DNA of 64,000 bases, taken from the NCBI GenBank assembly GCA_950097015.1, contig CATNEN010000008.1:1426001-1490000 (forward strand). Direction: 5' to 3'. Of this stretch, positions 1 through 13,459 are shown one piece after another; position 1 is the stretch's first letter, and each line of letters begins with the position of its first letter. The position numbers were made by a program, and so were the translations under genes. This DNA is from Macrostomum hystrix (lineage: Eukaryota > Animalia > Platyhelminthes). The notes under the pieces were generated by a model, which saw nothing but the letters and a program-made list of their open reading frames with translations, had not been told where the DNA came from and did no database searches.

Positions 1-540
1 GGATGGGGTGAGATGGGACTGGATGGGGTGAGATGAGACTGGATGGGTTAAGATGGGACTGGATAGGTTAGATGGGACTGGATTGGGAAGATATGGGACT
101 GGAGGGGAAGATATGGAACTGGATGGGGCGAGATGAGACTGGATGGGGTGAGATGAGATTGGATGGGGTGAGATGAGACTGGATGGGTTGAAATGGGACT
201 GGGGGGAAGAGATGGGACTGGATGGGGTGAGATGAGACTGGATGGGTTGAGATGGGACTGGATAGGTTAGATGGGACTGGATGGGGTTAGATGAGACTGG
301 ATGGGTTGAGATGAGACTGGATAGGTTAGATGGGACTGGATGGGGTGAGATGAGACTGGTTGGGCTGAGATGGGACTGGATAGATTAGATGGGACTGGAT
401 GGGGTGAGATGAGACTGGATTGGGAAGATATGGGACTGGAAGGGAAGAGATGGAACTGGATGGGGTGAGATGAGACTGGATGGGGTGATATGGGACTGTA
501 GGGGAAGCGATGGGACTGGAAGGGGAATAGATGGGACTGG
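1..540. repeat. Minisatellite, ~20-nt unit (GGATGGGGTGAGATGGGACT; two ~10-nt subunits), runs off the left edge
   Basis: Unit read directly from the sequence; ORFs 326..598 and 385..612 are translations of it. Confidence 0.95.
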
Positions 541-1075
541 GGAATACATTACAGCGAAAGCTGACAAGCAGGTATGGATGGCAAATAATGTTTGACACTT
601 CGCTCCGGCCATAGCGGATGGCGGACTCTGATAATTAAAAGCATTCTCCCACTGTCCTCAATCGGAAGTTTGATCCCCAGTCGCACAACAAGTTGGAGTC
701 AGAATCAGTCCTCGTCACACTCGAGTCAGAGTATTGAGAATTAGTTAAGAATTCTGCGTCGGGTCACGAACAGAACTCAGTTTTAATGTGGTGTCGCGCG
801 TGTCCCAACACCATAGCTTTGAGAAGCAGCAATTCTATTATCTTTATTGTGTTATTATTAACAATTTTTATGAATATTTAAGATTCGCGCCATGGCAGTT
901 AGAAATTTTTCCAGAATTGTCACGCACTGTAGATTTATTTTATTGTCTGCATTGTAGCTCCGATAGTAACCAAAATTTTGTCTGTTTAATAGCATTTTGA
1001 GAGTTTGAAATTTCGCAGATTTCTAATTTTGTCAGGCACTGATTTTTAATAATTTATTTTATGAACATTTCTTAT

Positions 1076-1993
1076 TGATCTCATGAGAATGAGAATGAGT
1101 GATTCAGTGTCATTTCTCACTGATCTCATGAGAATGAGAATGAGTGATTCAGTGTCATTTCTCATTGATCTCATGAGAATGAGTGATTCAGTGTCATTTC
1201 TCACTGATCTCATGAGAATGAGTGATTCAGCGTCATTTCTCACTGATCGCATGAGAATGAGTGATTCAGCGTCATTTCTCACTGATCTCATGAGAATGAG
1301 TGATTCAGTGTCATTTCTCACTGATCTCATGAGAATGAGTGATTCAGCGTCATTTCTCACTGATCTCATGAGAATGAGTGATTCAGTGTCATTTCTCACT
1401 GATCTCATGAGAATGAGTGATTCAGTGTCATTTCTCACTGATCTCATGAGAATGAGTGATTCAGTGTCATTTCTCATTGATCTCATGAGAATGAGTGATT
1501 CAGTGTCATTTCTCACTGATCTCATGAGAATGAGTGATTCAGTGTCATTTCTCACTGATCTCATGATAATGAGTGATTCAGTGTCATTTCTCACTGATCT
1601 CATGATAATGAGTGATTCAGCGTCATTTCTCACTGATCTCATGAGAATGAGTGATTCAGTGTCATTTCTCACTGATCTCATGATAATGAGTGATTCAGCG
1701 TCATTTCTCACTGATCTCATGAGAATGAGTGATTCAGTGTCATTTCTCACTGATCTCATGAGAATGAGTGATTCAGTGTCATTTCTCACTGATCTCATGA
1801 GAATGAGTGATTCAGTGTCATTTCTCACTGATCTCATGAGAATGAGTGATTCAGTGTCATTTCTCACTGATCTCATGAGAATGAGTGATTCAGTGTCATT
1901 TCTCATTGATCTCATGAGAATGAGTGATTCAGTGTCATTTCTCATTGATCTCATGAGAATGAGTGATTCAGTGTCATTTCTCATTGATCTCGT
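1076..1993. repeat. Minisatellite, 39-nt unit (TGATCTCATGAGAATGAGTGATTCAGTGTCATTTCTCAC), ~23 copies
   Basis: 13-aa periodicity in ORFs on both strands; each unit contains the palindrome TCTCATGAGA. Confidence 0.95.
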
Positions 1994-2655
1994 GAGATTT
2001 CTTACGAGCGTATCCCACAGAACTCATAAATACGGGCTTGTTATTGCTTTCAGACAAAAAACTAAGAATTAATATGTTAGTGGAAATACCAAACAAAAGC
2101 TACTTTTCTCCTATTCCTCTCTTTAATTGAAAGCCGGGTCAGTTACAAATACCTGTGCTTGAACTACTGAACAAAAAAATAGACATGGAAAAAAGTTGTC
2201 AAAGACATATTCTTCAATTACGTTTTTATCTAGGGTGTGTGTGTGTCCGTTCTCATCTCGCCACGTGACCGCAGCTTGTTGGGATCGACTTTGGTCTTTG
2301 TTTCTGGTCTTTGTTTCTGGGCCTTTTTGTCTTTACTGTACAGTAGTAGTTCCACACTGATTTCAGACTGTATGGCAACTATTTTTTTATAGTCTATGGT
2401 AATTGGAGGTCAGCTGGGCGAGAATAGAGAGAGGGCCATTCTCATTGAAAAGCAACTGACCCAGTTCTCACGGCTCATTGATCCCGGCTCTCGTTTGTTA
2501 GAAAACACACTCATGAGTGATAAGTGTCTAGTAACTTTTTTTACTGAAGGATTTCCTAATTAAATAGCTATTTTCTATATGGTTAAGGCCTAGATATCTG
2601 TGTAGACTCTGGAAGATTCTATATAGCTTGGGGAGATTCCCGCTTGTGACGATAC

Positions 2656-2877
2656 TAGCTTCAGAAGATTCCAGCTTGTGAAGATTCCAGCTTGTGAAGA
2701 TTCTAGCTTGTGCAGATTCCAGCTTGTGAAGATTCTAGCTTGTGAAGATTCCAGCTTGTGAAGATTCCAGCTTGTGAAGATTCCAGCTTGTGAAGATTCC
2801 AGCTTGTGAAGATTCCAGCTTGTGAAGATTCCAGCTTGGGAAGATTCCAGTTTGGGAAGATTCCAGCTTGTGAATAT
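2656..2877. repeat. Minisatellite, 16-nt unit AGCTTGTGAAGATTCC, ~14 copies
   Basis: Unit read directly from the sequence. Confidence 0.95.
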
Positions 2878-3626
2878 TCTGGATTTTTATTGCATGTCGC
2901 TTGAAATTCTTTAGCAATTAAAAAAGAGTAGGCAAAGAGATTAACGTCAAAGAAGAATTTCTTTTGTTTTGTTGCTAGTGTGTCTTTTTATCCCGATTTT
3001 CCAGTTCCGTGAGTATATCTAGGCGGCCGCCAGTGATCTTAGCATTGTTCGAGCATTGAAAAATACAAGGAACTTAAGAATAGCGGTTAATTATTTGGAA
3101 GATAAAAAAATTGATGGGAAAACATTTAATACTGGCGATGCGCACTTGCCCTACAGTGCCGGAGCTAATTATAGACAATTAAATCAAGCATTCGATTTCA
3201 GAATTTCAGAACGAATTCAGCTCTAACCTCTGCGGTCCTACGCAAATAGCGTTAAAGAAGAGCTGCTCCGCAAAACCCAGTTGCTAGGGGGCCCGGGACT
3301 GGGCTAGGTGGGTGCTCTATGGGCTGAGGAGGGGAGTCAAATGGTGCCAATCTGCCTACCAGCATTGGCTGAGACAGGGCAATTCAACTCGTCTCACATT
3401 TCACGTGGCCGGCTGGGCCCCCTACCAACAACCCCACCGCCTCATCCCAAGCTGCTGCGGGCTTGGGAAATAGGAAAATCTTCTTTTTATATCACGAAGC
3501 GTTCGTTGGAGCAGAAGAAAGAATATACTTTTCTAACAGGAAATAAGAAGTGAGATTTCTGAAAATTGGGACACGATGGTGCCCGCATCGATTGATTTTT
3601 TGTAATATTCCATTTTGGTGCTGCTT

Positions 3627-4280
3627 TTAGGAATAAGAAGAGAGAGAGGAGGGGAAGAAAATCGGGAGGAATAAGAGGAGAGATGGGAGGGGAAGAAAAT
3701 ATGGAGGAGTAAGAGGAGAGATGGAAGGGGAAGAAAATCGGGAGGAATAAGAGGAGAGATGGAAGGGGAAGAAAATCGGGAGGAATAAGAGGAGAGATGG
3801 GAGGGGAAGAAAATGGGAGGAATAAGAGGAGAGATGGGAGGGGAAGAAAATGGGAGGAATAAGAGGAGAGATGGGAGGGGAAGAAAATCGGGAGGAATAA
3901 GAGGAGAGATGGGAGGGGAAGAAAATCGGGAGGAATAAGAGGAGAGATGGGAGGGGAAGAAAATCGGGAGGAATAAGAGGAGAGATGGGAGGGGAAGAAA
4001 ATCGGGAGGAATAAGAGGAGAGATGGGAGGGGAAGAAAATCGGGAGGAATAAGAGGAGAGATGGGAGGGGAAGAAAATCGGGAGGAATAAGAGGAGAGAT
4101 GGGAGGGGAAGAAAATCGGGAGGAATAAGAGGAGAGATGGGAGGGGAAGAAAATCGGGAGGAATAAGAGGAGAGATGGGAGGGGAAGAAAATCGGGAGGA
4201 ATAAGAGGAGAGAGGAGGCAGAGAGAGGGAGAAGAGGAGAAGAGAAATAGGAGAGAAGAGGAGAGGAGAGAGGAGAGGAG
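3627..4280. repeat. Purine-rich minisatellite, 38-nt unit (GGGAGGAATAAGAGGAGAGATGGGAGGGGAAGAAAATC) with a GA-rich tail
   Basis: Unit read directly from the sequence. Confidence 0.93.
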
Positions 4281-4644
4281 GTAAGGGAGAATATTAGAAA
4301 TCAAAAACGGAATCTGCAGGCATCCATGGTGCCGTCCGACAGGCGTATTTGTTATAGCTCGCATTTATGCAGGCTAGATCCATAACTGAGCTCTGAGAAA
4401 CGTGACACGAAAACTTCTAGCAATAAAATGATTGCTTTGCTTTGAATGGGTACTAACTAAAAATTTGACTCATCCACGTGGATCAGCGGCAACATCTGCT
4501 TCGGCAAGCCATTCACGATGACTGTTGCACGTTGCATTTTTGACAGCAGCACTGCTTAATCTTCCCCATTCATACAGATTCTTTCCCATTTCCTCCATTC
4601 CTATCTATTTTTCAATTCTTACACGATCTTACTCCTTTTATCTA

Positions 4645-5410
4645 TTATTTACCTATATACTCCATTACTCCCCGATCTTCCCCATTCTTCACCATTACTC
4701 CCCATTCTTCCCCAGTCTCCCCGACTACTCCCCATTGCTCTCCATTCTTCCCCAGTCTCCTTCCCTTACTCCCCATTCTTCCCCAGTCCCCCACTACTTC
4801 CCATTCTTCCCCATTCTTCCCCACTACATCCCATTCTTCCCCAGTCTCCCCAATTACTCCCCATTCTTCCCCAGTCTCCCCAATTACTCCCCATTCTTTC
4901 CATAGTCTCCCCCACTACTCCCCATTGCTCTCCATTCTTCCCCCAGTCTCCTCCCCTTACTCCCCATTCTTCCCTAGTCCCCCCACTACTTCCCATTCTT
5001 CCCCAGTCTCCCCAATTACTCCCCATTCTTCTCCAGGCTCCCCCACTACTTCCCATTCTTCCCCAGTCTCCCCCACTACTTCCCATTCTTCCCCAGTCTC
5101 CCCCACTACTTCCCATTCTTCCCCAGTCTCCCCAATTACTCCCCATTCTTTCCCCAGTCTCCCCCACTACTTCCCATTCTTCCCTAGTCTCCCAAATTAC
5201 TCCGCATTCTTCCCCAGTCTCCCCCACTACTTCCCATTCTTCCCCAGTCTCCCCCACTACTTCCCATTCTTCCCCAGTCTCCCCCACTACTTCCCATTCT
5301 TCCCCAGTCTCCCCCACTACTTCCCATTCTTCCCCAGTCTCCCCCATTACTCCCCATTCTACTCCAGGCTCTCCCATTACTCCCCATTCTTCCCCTATCA
5401 ACCCCATTAC
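4645..5410. repeat. Pyrimidine-rich minisatellite, ~30-nt unit (CCCCACTACTTCCCATTCTTCCCCAGTCTC)
   Basis: Unit read directly; the left flank is degenerate. Confidence 0.92.
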
Positions 5411-6269
5411 TCCACATTTATTCGAATGTTAGAAAATTTCCGATAGCAACTGGAATAACAATTCCAATCCCATAAATTAGTTTTGGCCCTTTTATTCTTG
5501 TCTTTTATCCTCATCTTCTAAGCGAGCCATTTCCGCGCGAGAAAAAAATAGGAAAACACGAAATCAATTCGAAGAAATGAACTTTTAAACCAAGCCGAAC
5601 TTTTCGTCCGCTCGCCTAGACAAATGAAAGATGGGAAAAATTGTAGGTTAAATACCCTGCCTCATCTCCCCCCTGGTTTCAACACCTCTCCAATCTCTCG
5701 CACTAGCCTGGGTCCATCATTAATGAAAGCTATTCGAATGCACAAGTGTCATTGAGCTAACACTGGCCAAACAACTTGAAGTGGTGCCTCAGAACCCTCG
5801 AGGGGATAAAACAGGAGGCTGGGGGAAAAGCATTGGGGAAACAAAGAGAGACATAAAGCGGCTACTTAAAATTGAATCCAGGCAGAGTTCTATTGTTATC
5901 GACAAATCATTTTCCCATAGATAAAGAGGATCCAAAAGCAGCTTCCGTGTCCGGGAGGGGGGTGGTCTGTTGCCACCCGCTGTTAAAGTCGGTGATTTTC
6001 GGGACATTTTTAAAGAAATGGCCTTTGGGCGAAGGCGAGGCGAGGTATACTATACGCGCGCGCGTGGATGTGGGCGCCCGGACATTCGGGGCGAGGGAGA
6101 CACTATGGCGATGGTGTTGAAGGAACCTTTATTTATTCTACTACTGTGAGTGTGCTCAGGGTATAGTTGGCCTCAGTAATTAAGATTTTGGCCAGTTTAA
6201 GTGGATCGATGTTATTTTTGTTCTTTGTTCTTGCAGGTTTCAGAAATTCTAAACTTGTTTTTGAAGTTC

Positions 6270-6663
6270 CAGAAGTTAAGGAATTCAGAAGTTAAGGAAT
6301 TCAGAAGTTAAGGAATTCAGAAGTTAAGGAATTCAAAAGTTAAGGAATTCAAAAGTTAAGGAATTCAGAAGTTAAGGAATTCAGAAGTTAAGGAATTCAG
6401 AAGTTAAGGAATTCAAAAGTTAAGGAATTCAAAAGTTAAGGAATTCAAAAGTTAAGGAATTCAAAAGTTAAGGAATTCAGAAGTTAAGGAATTCAAAAGT
6501 TAAGGAATTCAGAAGTTAGGGAATTCAGAAGTTAAGGAATTCAGAAGTTAAGGAATTCAGAAGTTAGGGAATTCAGAAGTTAAGGAATTCAGAAGTTAAG
6601 GTATTCAGAAGTTAAGGAATTCAGAAGTTAGGGAATTCAGAAGTTAGGGAATTCAGAAGTTAA
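6270..6663. repeat. Minisatellite, 16-nt unit AGAAGTTAAGGAATTC, ~24 copies
   Basis: Unit read directly from the sequence. Confidence 0.95.
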
Positions 6664-7189
6664 GCATCGCTGTCTTAATTTCTTCTTATCGTTTCTCAAA
6701 CACGCAGCAGTCTTAACTCAAACTATACTCAGAAGCGAGACAGTCAAAAAATGTCTTGGCCTTTGACCTGGGATTGAGGTTTTGCAAGAAGCTATTGGCT
6801 GCAGTTCGACCCAGTGTTATCATGCTATACGTGGGTCTACAGGTATCTCTCTGTTGGGATTTGTAGTTGAAATATCCTAATCTTTTCTTGCTTATCAGTG
6901 TGGGATTTTATAACAATGTTTTGAGGATGTGTAAACATTCTATATTTCATGTTGAAAATAATCATTTGAATTGCTTCTGTTATCAGTGTGATAGCTCGTA
7001 GGCGAAATATACATTTTGATCAATAATGTTCATAGAAGCTTGTGCGCCCTGTTCTTGTGAAGATTTTTGGCCTTAACAAATTTATTTTTATCTTTGTAAA
7101 TTTGTTAGAAACTTGTCGAATTTTTTGTCGTTGAGAATTACAAGTACTTAACTAGAGATAAAGGTTTATAGAAAGAATATTATTAGTGA

Positions 7190-8150
7190 GAGAACAGGAT
7201 GGGTGAGAGAGAAGATGATGGGTGAGAGAAGAGGATGTGTGAGAGAAGAGGATGGGTGAGAGAAAAGAGGATGTGTGAGAGAAGATGATGGGTGAGAGAG
7301 AAGAGGATGTGTGAGAGAAGATGATGGGTGAGAGAGAATAGGATAGGTGAGAGAGATGAGAATGTGTGAGAGAGAAGAGGATGGGTGAGAGAGAAGAGGA
7401 TGGGTGAGAGAGAGGAGGATGGGTGAGAGAGAGGAGGATAGGTGAGAGAGAAGAGGATAGGTGAGAGAGAAGAGGATGGGTGAGAGAGAAGAGGATGGGT
7501 GAGAGAGAAGATGATGGGTGAGAGAGAAGAGGATGGGTGAGAGAGAAGAGGATGGATGAGAGAGAAGAGGATGGGTGAGAGAGAAGAGGATGGGTGAGAG
7601 AGAAGAGGATGGGTGAGAGAGAAGAGGATGGATGGGTGAGAGAGAAGAGGATGGGTGAGAGAGAAGATGATGGGTGAGAGAGAAGATGATGGGTGAGAGA
7701 GAATAGGATGGGTGAGAGAGAAGAGGATGGATGGGTGAGAGAGAAGAGGATGGATGGGTGAGAGAGAAGAGGATGGGTGAGAGAGAAGAGAATGGATGGG
7801 TGAGAGAGAAGAGGATGGATGGGTGAGAGAGAAGAGGATGGGTGAGAGAGAAGATGATGGGTGAGAGAGAAGATGATGGGTGAGAGAGAATAGGATGGGT
7901 GAGAGAGAAGAGGATGGATGGGTGAGAGAGAAGAGGATGGATGGGTGAGAGAGAAGAGGATGGGTGAGAGAGAAGAGAATGGATGGGTGAGAGAGAAGAG
8001 GATGGATGGGTGAGAGAGAAGAGGATGGATGGGTGAGAGAGAAGAGGATGGGTGAGAGAGAAGAGGATGGATGGGTGAGAGAGAAGAGGATGGATGGGTG
8101 AGAGAGAAGAGGATGGGTGAGAGAGAAGAGAATGATAGGAAGAGAGACAT
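7190..8150. repeat. GA-rich minisatellite, 19/23-nt unit GGGTGAGAGAGAAGAGGAT(GGAT)
   Basis: Unit read directly; ORF 7152..8150 is its translation. Confidence 0.93.
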
Positions 8151-9374
8151 GAGAATAGTTTACAGTTTAGAATGTCAAAGCGAGTTATTTAGGATGTCCT
8201 AGAGCTAGTTCCAGCAGTTCAGTCCAATGTCAGTTGAATCGCCCAATTAATATATAATCAAAACAAAGAAAATGCGTGGGTCCGCAGATCCCAAAATGCT
8301 ATCTGCTTTTATCCAGTGTTATCCAACCAAGTCAAAGTTAAAAGCAGCACTTAACACATGGTCTATCTAACCGTCTGCAACCTCTGCTATTAAAAGCACT
8401 GACAGCACTTGACCGTATGCTGTTATTGAAAGTTGTCAATGCTATAGAAGGATCAGACAGATGCCCACACATGCGCATTAAACCTTCTCTTTAATCCCCG
8501 TGAAGTTGGTAGAAAATCTCTATTGTCAAACGATCAATAGAAGGTAAAGGAAGTAGGAAAAACACACACACACACCCACCCGTTGCGCAAGTGTAACAGA
8601 TCTCCGTGAATCTCAGTGAATCAGGTCCTTCTATAAGTGTGAGTGTGTGGCCCAAATATATAGCTCGCTGACTGAACAAAACTCAGGTTTTCGGGTGGCA
8701 AAAGGTACTTAAAATATTGACCATTAACTTTTTATTTTCTTGCTCTAAACCTGGAGACCTCCACCACTCACTAACACGCAATGCCCTGAGTGACTTTCTG
8801 TGTTTGTCTTTCACTTCAGCCAAAGGCCACTCGACTGCGGCACGAGGGCAGCTCGCGCAATGCCGGTTGGGTCAGTGGCTTCAGGACTCTATGGCCTGAG
8901 AATTCGACTCAAGTCAAATATTGCGTTTGAAAACGAAATCTGCTGGTGGCCCCCGCTCTCGCTCTCTCTCCCTCTCTTGTCCTCCACCTCCGGAGCCACT
9001 TAAACCAGCCGAAAGATCTAGGCCATGACAACATCGGACACCTGGCCATTAGGAGGTATGGGGCTGGATCTCTGCCCGCAGATTTTTAGCCACGATTTTA
9101 TGAAGTCAAACCGAAACTATGAAACTAAAAACATGGGAATCGCGTGGAGCCACGCAATAGGCGATGGCTTTGATCCATTTTTATGTTTATTCATATATTA
9201 CACATTTTTCATATCGTACAACAACACTATTTCTATTTAATTGGTTCTCTCTCACTCTCTTTATTTATCACCCAATCCTCTCGCCCATGATTTTATCCTT
9301 CCTTCTTCCCTTCTTCTTTCTTCCCCTATTCTTCCTCCCCTTCCTTCTTACCCTTTCTCCCTTTCATCTCCGCT

Positions 9375-10000
9375 TTCCTTCCCCATCTTCCTTCTCCCCT
9401 CTTCCTCCCCCCTCTTCCTTCTCCCATCTTCCTTCTCCCCTCTTCCTTCCATCTCTTCCTTCTCCCCTTTTCCTTCCCCCTCTTCCTTCTCCCCTCTTCC
9501 TTCTCCCATCTTCCTTCTCCCCTCTTCCTTCCCCCTCTTCCTTCTCCCATCTTCCTTCTCCCCTCTTCCTTCTCCCCTCTTCCTTCCCCCTCTTCCTTCT
9601 CCCCTCTTCCTTCTCCCCTCTTCCTTCTCCCATCTTCCTTCTCCCCTCTTCCTTCCCCCTCTTCCTTCTCCCATCTTCCTTCTCCCCTCTTCCTTCTCCC
9701 CTCTTCCTTCCCCCTCTTCCTTCTCCCCTCTTCCTTCTCCCCTCTTCCTTCTCCCCTCTTCCTTCCCCCTCTTCCTTCTCCCCTCTTCCTTCTCCCCTCT
9801 TCCTTCTCCCATCTTCCTTCTCCCCTCTTCCTTCCCCCTCTTCCTTCTCCCATCTTCCTTCTCCCCTCTTCCTTCTCCCCTCTTCCTTCCCCCTCTTCCT
9901 TCTCCCATCTTCCTTCTCCCCTCTTCCTTCTCCCCTCTTCCTTCCCCCTCTTCCTTCTCCCCTCTTCCTTCTCCCATCTTCCTTCTCCCCTCTTCCTACT
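9375..10000. repeat. Polypyrimidine minisatellite, 13-14-nt unit (CTTCTCCCCTCTTC)
   Basis: Unit read directly from the sequence. Confidence 0.92.
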
Positions 10001-10623
10001 CCCTTCTTCTTCTTCCTTATTTTTTCCCTTATTCCTTCTCCCCTGTTCCTTGATCATTTAACTGTTTTTCAATCCTTTTCTTCTCTAACTCTCCTTCCGA
10101 TTCATCATTCCATCTTTATATATTGAAAAAAACGGCAAGAAAGGCCAGTAAGTCTGTTACTTTCTGACCGCCTTCTGGCGTGTCCTCCAGTTTGAGCACC
10201 CGCTGAGTTAAGAAAAAAATCGACTCTTTACTCCAAAGCTGTCGATTCGTAGATCTAGTCTAACCTTCCATCTATCTGTCATCCTGATTGACTATTTTAT
10301 GCCCGGCGCACAATCCCAAGTCTATTAATTTGCTCCACAAGTGGCCGAAACATCCATTGTCACCTCCACTGTGAAAACTGATGACTATGAAGAAGCACCA
10401 CTGACTTTTTTATTACTCTCCAGACTCACCCGGAGAAAAATGAGCTATCCAATTTGCACCTGCAGGCTCGTCCTCATATCAATCATTTCATTTTGGCAAT
10501 TATCAGCCGTTAAAATATCTGAAGACACGATTTTGGGATAATTAGATTCAAATCCTTCTCTATGAGATTTGGTTTGACTCCTAAAAATGATAATAAACGC
10601 GAAAAGGGATCTTTCAATTATAG

Positions 10624-11345
10624 GGATGGGAAATCTCATGAATTGGAAATCTCTGGAGGATGGGAAATCTCATGAATTGGAAATCTCTGGAGGATGGGAA
10701 ATCTCATGAATTGGAAATCTCTGGAGGATGGGAAATCTCATGAATTGGAAATCTCTGGAGGATGGGAAATCTCTGGAGGATGGGAAATCTCTGGAGGATG
10801 GGAAATCTCTGGAGGATGGGAAATCTCTGGAGGATGGGAAATCTCTGGAGGATGGGAAATCTCTGGAGGATGGGAAATCTCTGGAGGATGGGAAATCTCT
10901 GGAGGATGGGAAATCTCTGGAGGATGGGAAATCTCTGGAGGATGGGAAATCTCATGGAATGCGAAATCTCTGGAGGATGGGAAATCTCTGGAGTATTGGA
11001 AATCTCTGGAGGATGGGAAATCTCATGAATTGGAAATCTCTGGAGGATGGGAAATCTCATGAATTGGAAATCTCTGGAGGATGGGAAATCTCATGAATTG
11101 GAAATCTCTGGAGGATGGGAAATCTTAGGGAATTGGAAATCTCTGGATGATGGGAAATCTCTGGAGGATGGGAAATCTCTGGATGATAGGAAATCTCTGG
11201 ATGATAGGAAATCTCTGGAGGATGGGAAATCTCTGGAGGATGGGAAATCTCTGGATGATGGGAAATCTTTGAAGGATGGGAAATATCTGAAGGATGGGAA
11301 ATATCTGGAGGACGGGAAATCTCAAGGAATGGGAAATCTCAGGGA
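10624..11345. repeat. Minisatellite, 18-nt unit GGGAAATCTCTGGAGGAT with longer composite units at the edges
   Basis: 6-aa periodicity in overlapping ORFs. Confidence 0.95.
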
Positions 11346-13459
11346 ATAGGTGAAGAACTCCTCAGAGTAAGAAGTGGGAATTCGATGGAAAGACTTCACG
11401 CATAGGTACGAGCCAGATTGTCAATTTTAACCGATTTTTTTCATCAAGAATAGGAAACTTAGAAGATTTTTATTATGCTAAAAAAGTGTCATCCCTCAGC
11501 GTGGGAACGGCAGGTCCTTGGCCAACTGGTTAGCGACAGCTTCTATGCTCAATTGCATTGCTGCCCGTTTCACCGATGCAATAGCATGCGTATCCGCCGC
11601 TTGAAGTCGAATATTTGATGAGGCCGTGTTTCAAAGTCAACGCGAGCTCGGTCAACGCTTCATATTTGGGAGCATTGCGCTTTCCTACAGTTTGATGGCG
11701 AACAATGGTCTACGGTTGTTATATTTAGAACAAAGACTAGCGGCTTTCCGACCATGTTTGATTGACCACACAAAGACTATGTCTATGGCCGAAACTGATT
11801 GATGAAGCTGATGTGACTTCCAGACTCCACTGGTCTCCGGGGGCTCGCTTGAGCATAGGGACTAGTCTGGGGGGTGTGTGCTCAGCCATGCATCAGTCAA
11901 GCCTCCCGCATCTATCTGTCATTTCAGTTGCCCAATTCCCAGTTTCTACACGATTGCTTTGTCCGTTGGTCAGTTGGCTGTCAAATAAGATCTACTCGAT
12001 GCGATAACAGTTTTGAGAATGAATAAGGATTGCCTGACTTAACCTGGATTCCGCCGTTGCATACTTAAATATTTCTTAGAAACCGTACAAGGATTTTTAT
12101 CCCACAGGCTCTGAAACATCTGCGGGCAAATCTCTACGCATTGAAGACCGTTAAAAGCGCGGTCGATTTTTTGTTATCTTGTTATCTTGTTTTTAAGATG
12201 GATAAGTCGATGAAATATAAGTCGACTGTAGTATCGGTGGCGGGTACTTTCTAAGAAAGGTGGCACCTGTTCTCGCCATGGATTCCCCAGATGTTAGAGA
12301 TGGGATTCTTGTGTGCGGGATTGTTCCATTTTTTTCAAATCCTACCAAATTGAGCATTTTGAAATGTAGAAAAAAATGCAGCGATTTCACACCTTGCGAG
12401 ATACTAAAATAGTAGTTTTTTTCTATCGTAGTCCTATACTTCAAGCACAATAGCGATGAGCGTGTGTGTGTGTGAGCGTGTGTCTTACTGTTGAACGCAA
12501 ATAGGAACAACCGGTGCGCTTGCATGGTGACCATATTTTATCGCCGAGTTGATATCCACGCGAAAGATGGGCCAATTTTTATTGCAATGCACGTTGCGTC
12601 ATTCTTATTGCATTTATTAGCGATATTATCAAATTGCGCGGCTGTAAACACCTGAGCTGTATTCGTTAATAATTGCTTTGTTTTAGTCCGCCGTTTAATA
12701 ATTCTCATTGTAAGAATTAAGTTTGCAAGGCCACACGATACTTATAAGAATATATTATTCCATAGTGCTTTCTAGTCACAGATTGATAACTTTCCTCAAT
12801 AGCTAAACAATTATTTTAAAAGTTGATCCGAAGTTTGAACTGTTGCTAGGACAACTAAAAGTAGAATGCCTTTTTTGTACAAAATGGTTCAAACAAAACG
12901 TTGACAAATTTTGAGAAAGGTGCAAGAAGCGAATTAACGAAGCGTGTAACTTTATAAAATGAGTACAAGATTTCTCTAAATCAAAAGATGGGGTTAAGAA
13001 AAGAGCAACTCCTGAAGCGTGTCCATGGCTCCTTGCTGTCAAACGGTCCGCCTGTTTGTTGGCCCGGTCATGTAATTCTATAGTAACTGCAGAACAATAG
13101 ACACCAAAAAGTCTTGCCACCTAACAGAGCTTAGAAAATATAATTACAGGTCAGGGAAGACAAGTCCCGATTGGAGACGAGGAAAGAACAATCAGGCCGT
13201 CTCCGAGGGGAGAGGCTAACCGCCACCTTGACATTTTCACCCAGAAGGCAAAAAAATCTAGCGGAGTTTTTCAAGTTAGTTCGGACGAAAATAAAAAAGT
13301 ACTAGTATAATAGCATACAGACGTTCCTTATGTTGTTATTCAATTATCATTCTTCTTATTCTTGGTTCTACACATGGCTAACCTAGGATGCTGTTTCGGG
13401 CCCTTTTTCTACAGCTCCTCCGTTCAGCCTGTTTGTTCTGTCCCATCTTTCTGTCTCCC

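Noticed and set aside
1046-2072. 312- and 329-aa ORFs on opposite strands
   Set aside because: Translations of the 39-nt repeat.
3627-11349. Clusters of low-complexity ORFs at 3.6-5.4, 7.1-8.1, 9.1-10.1 and 10.7-11.3 kb
   Set aside because: All coincide with tandem arrays lacking stop codons in some frames.
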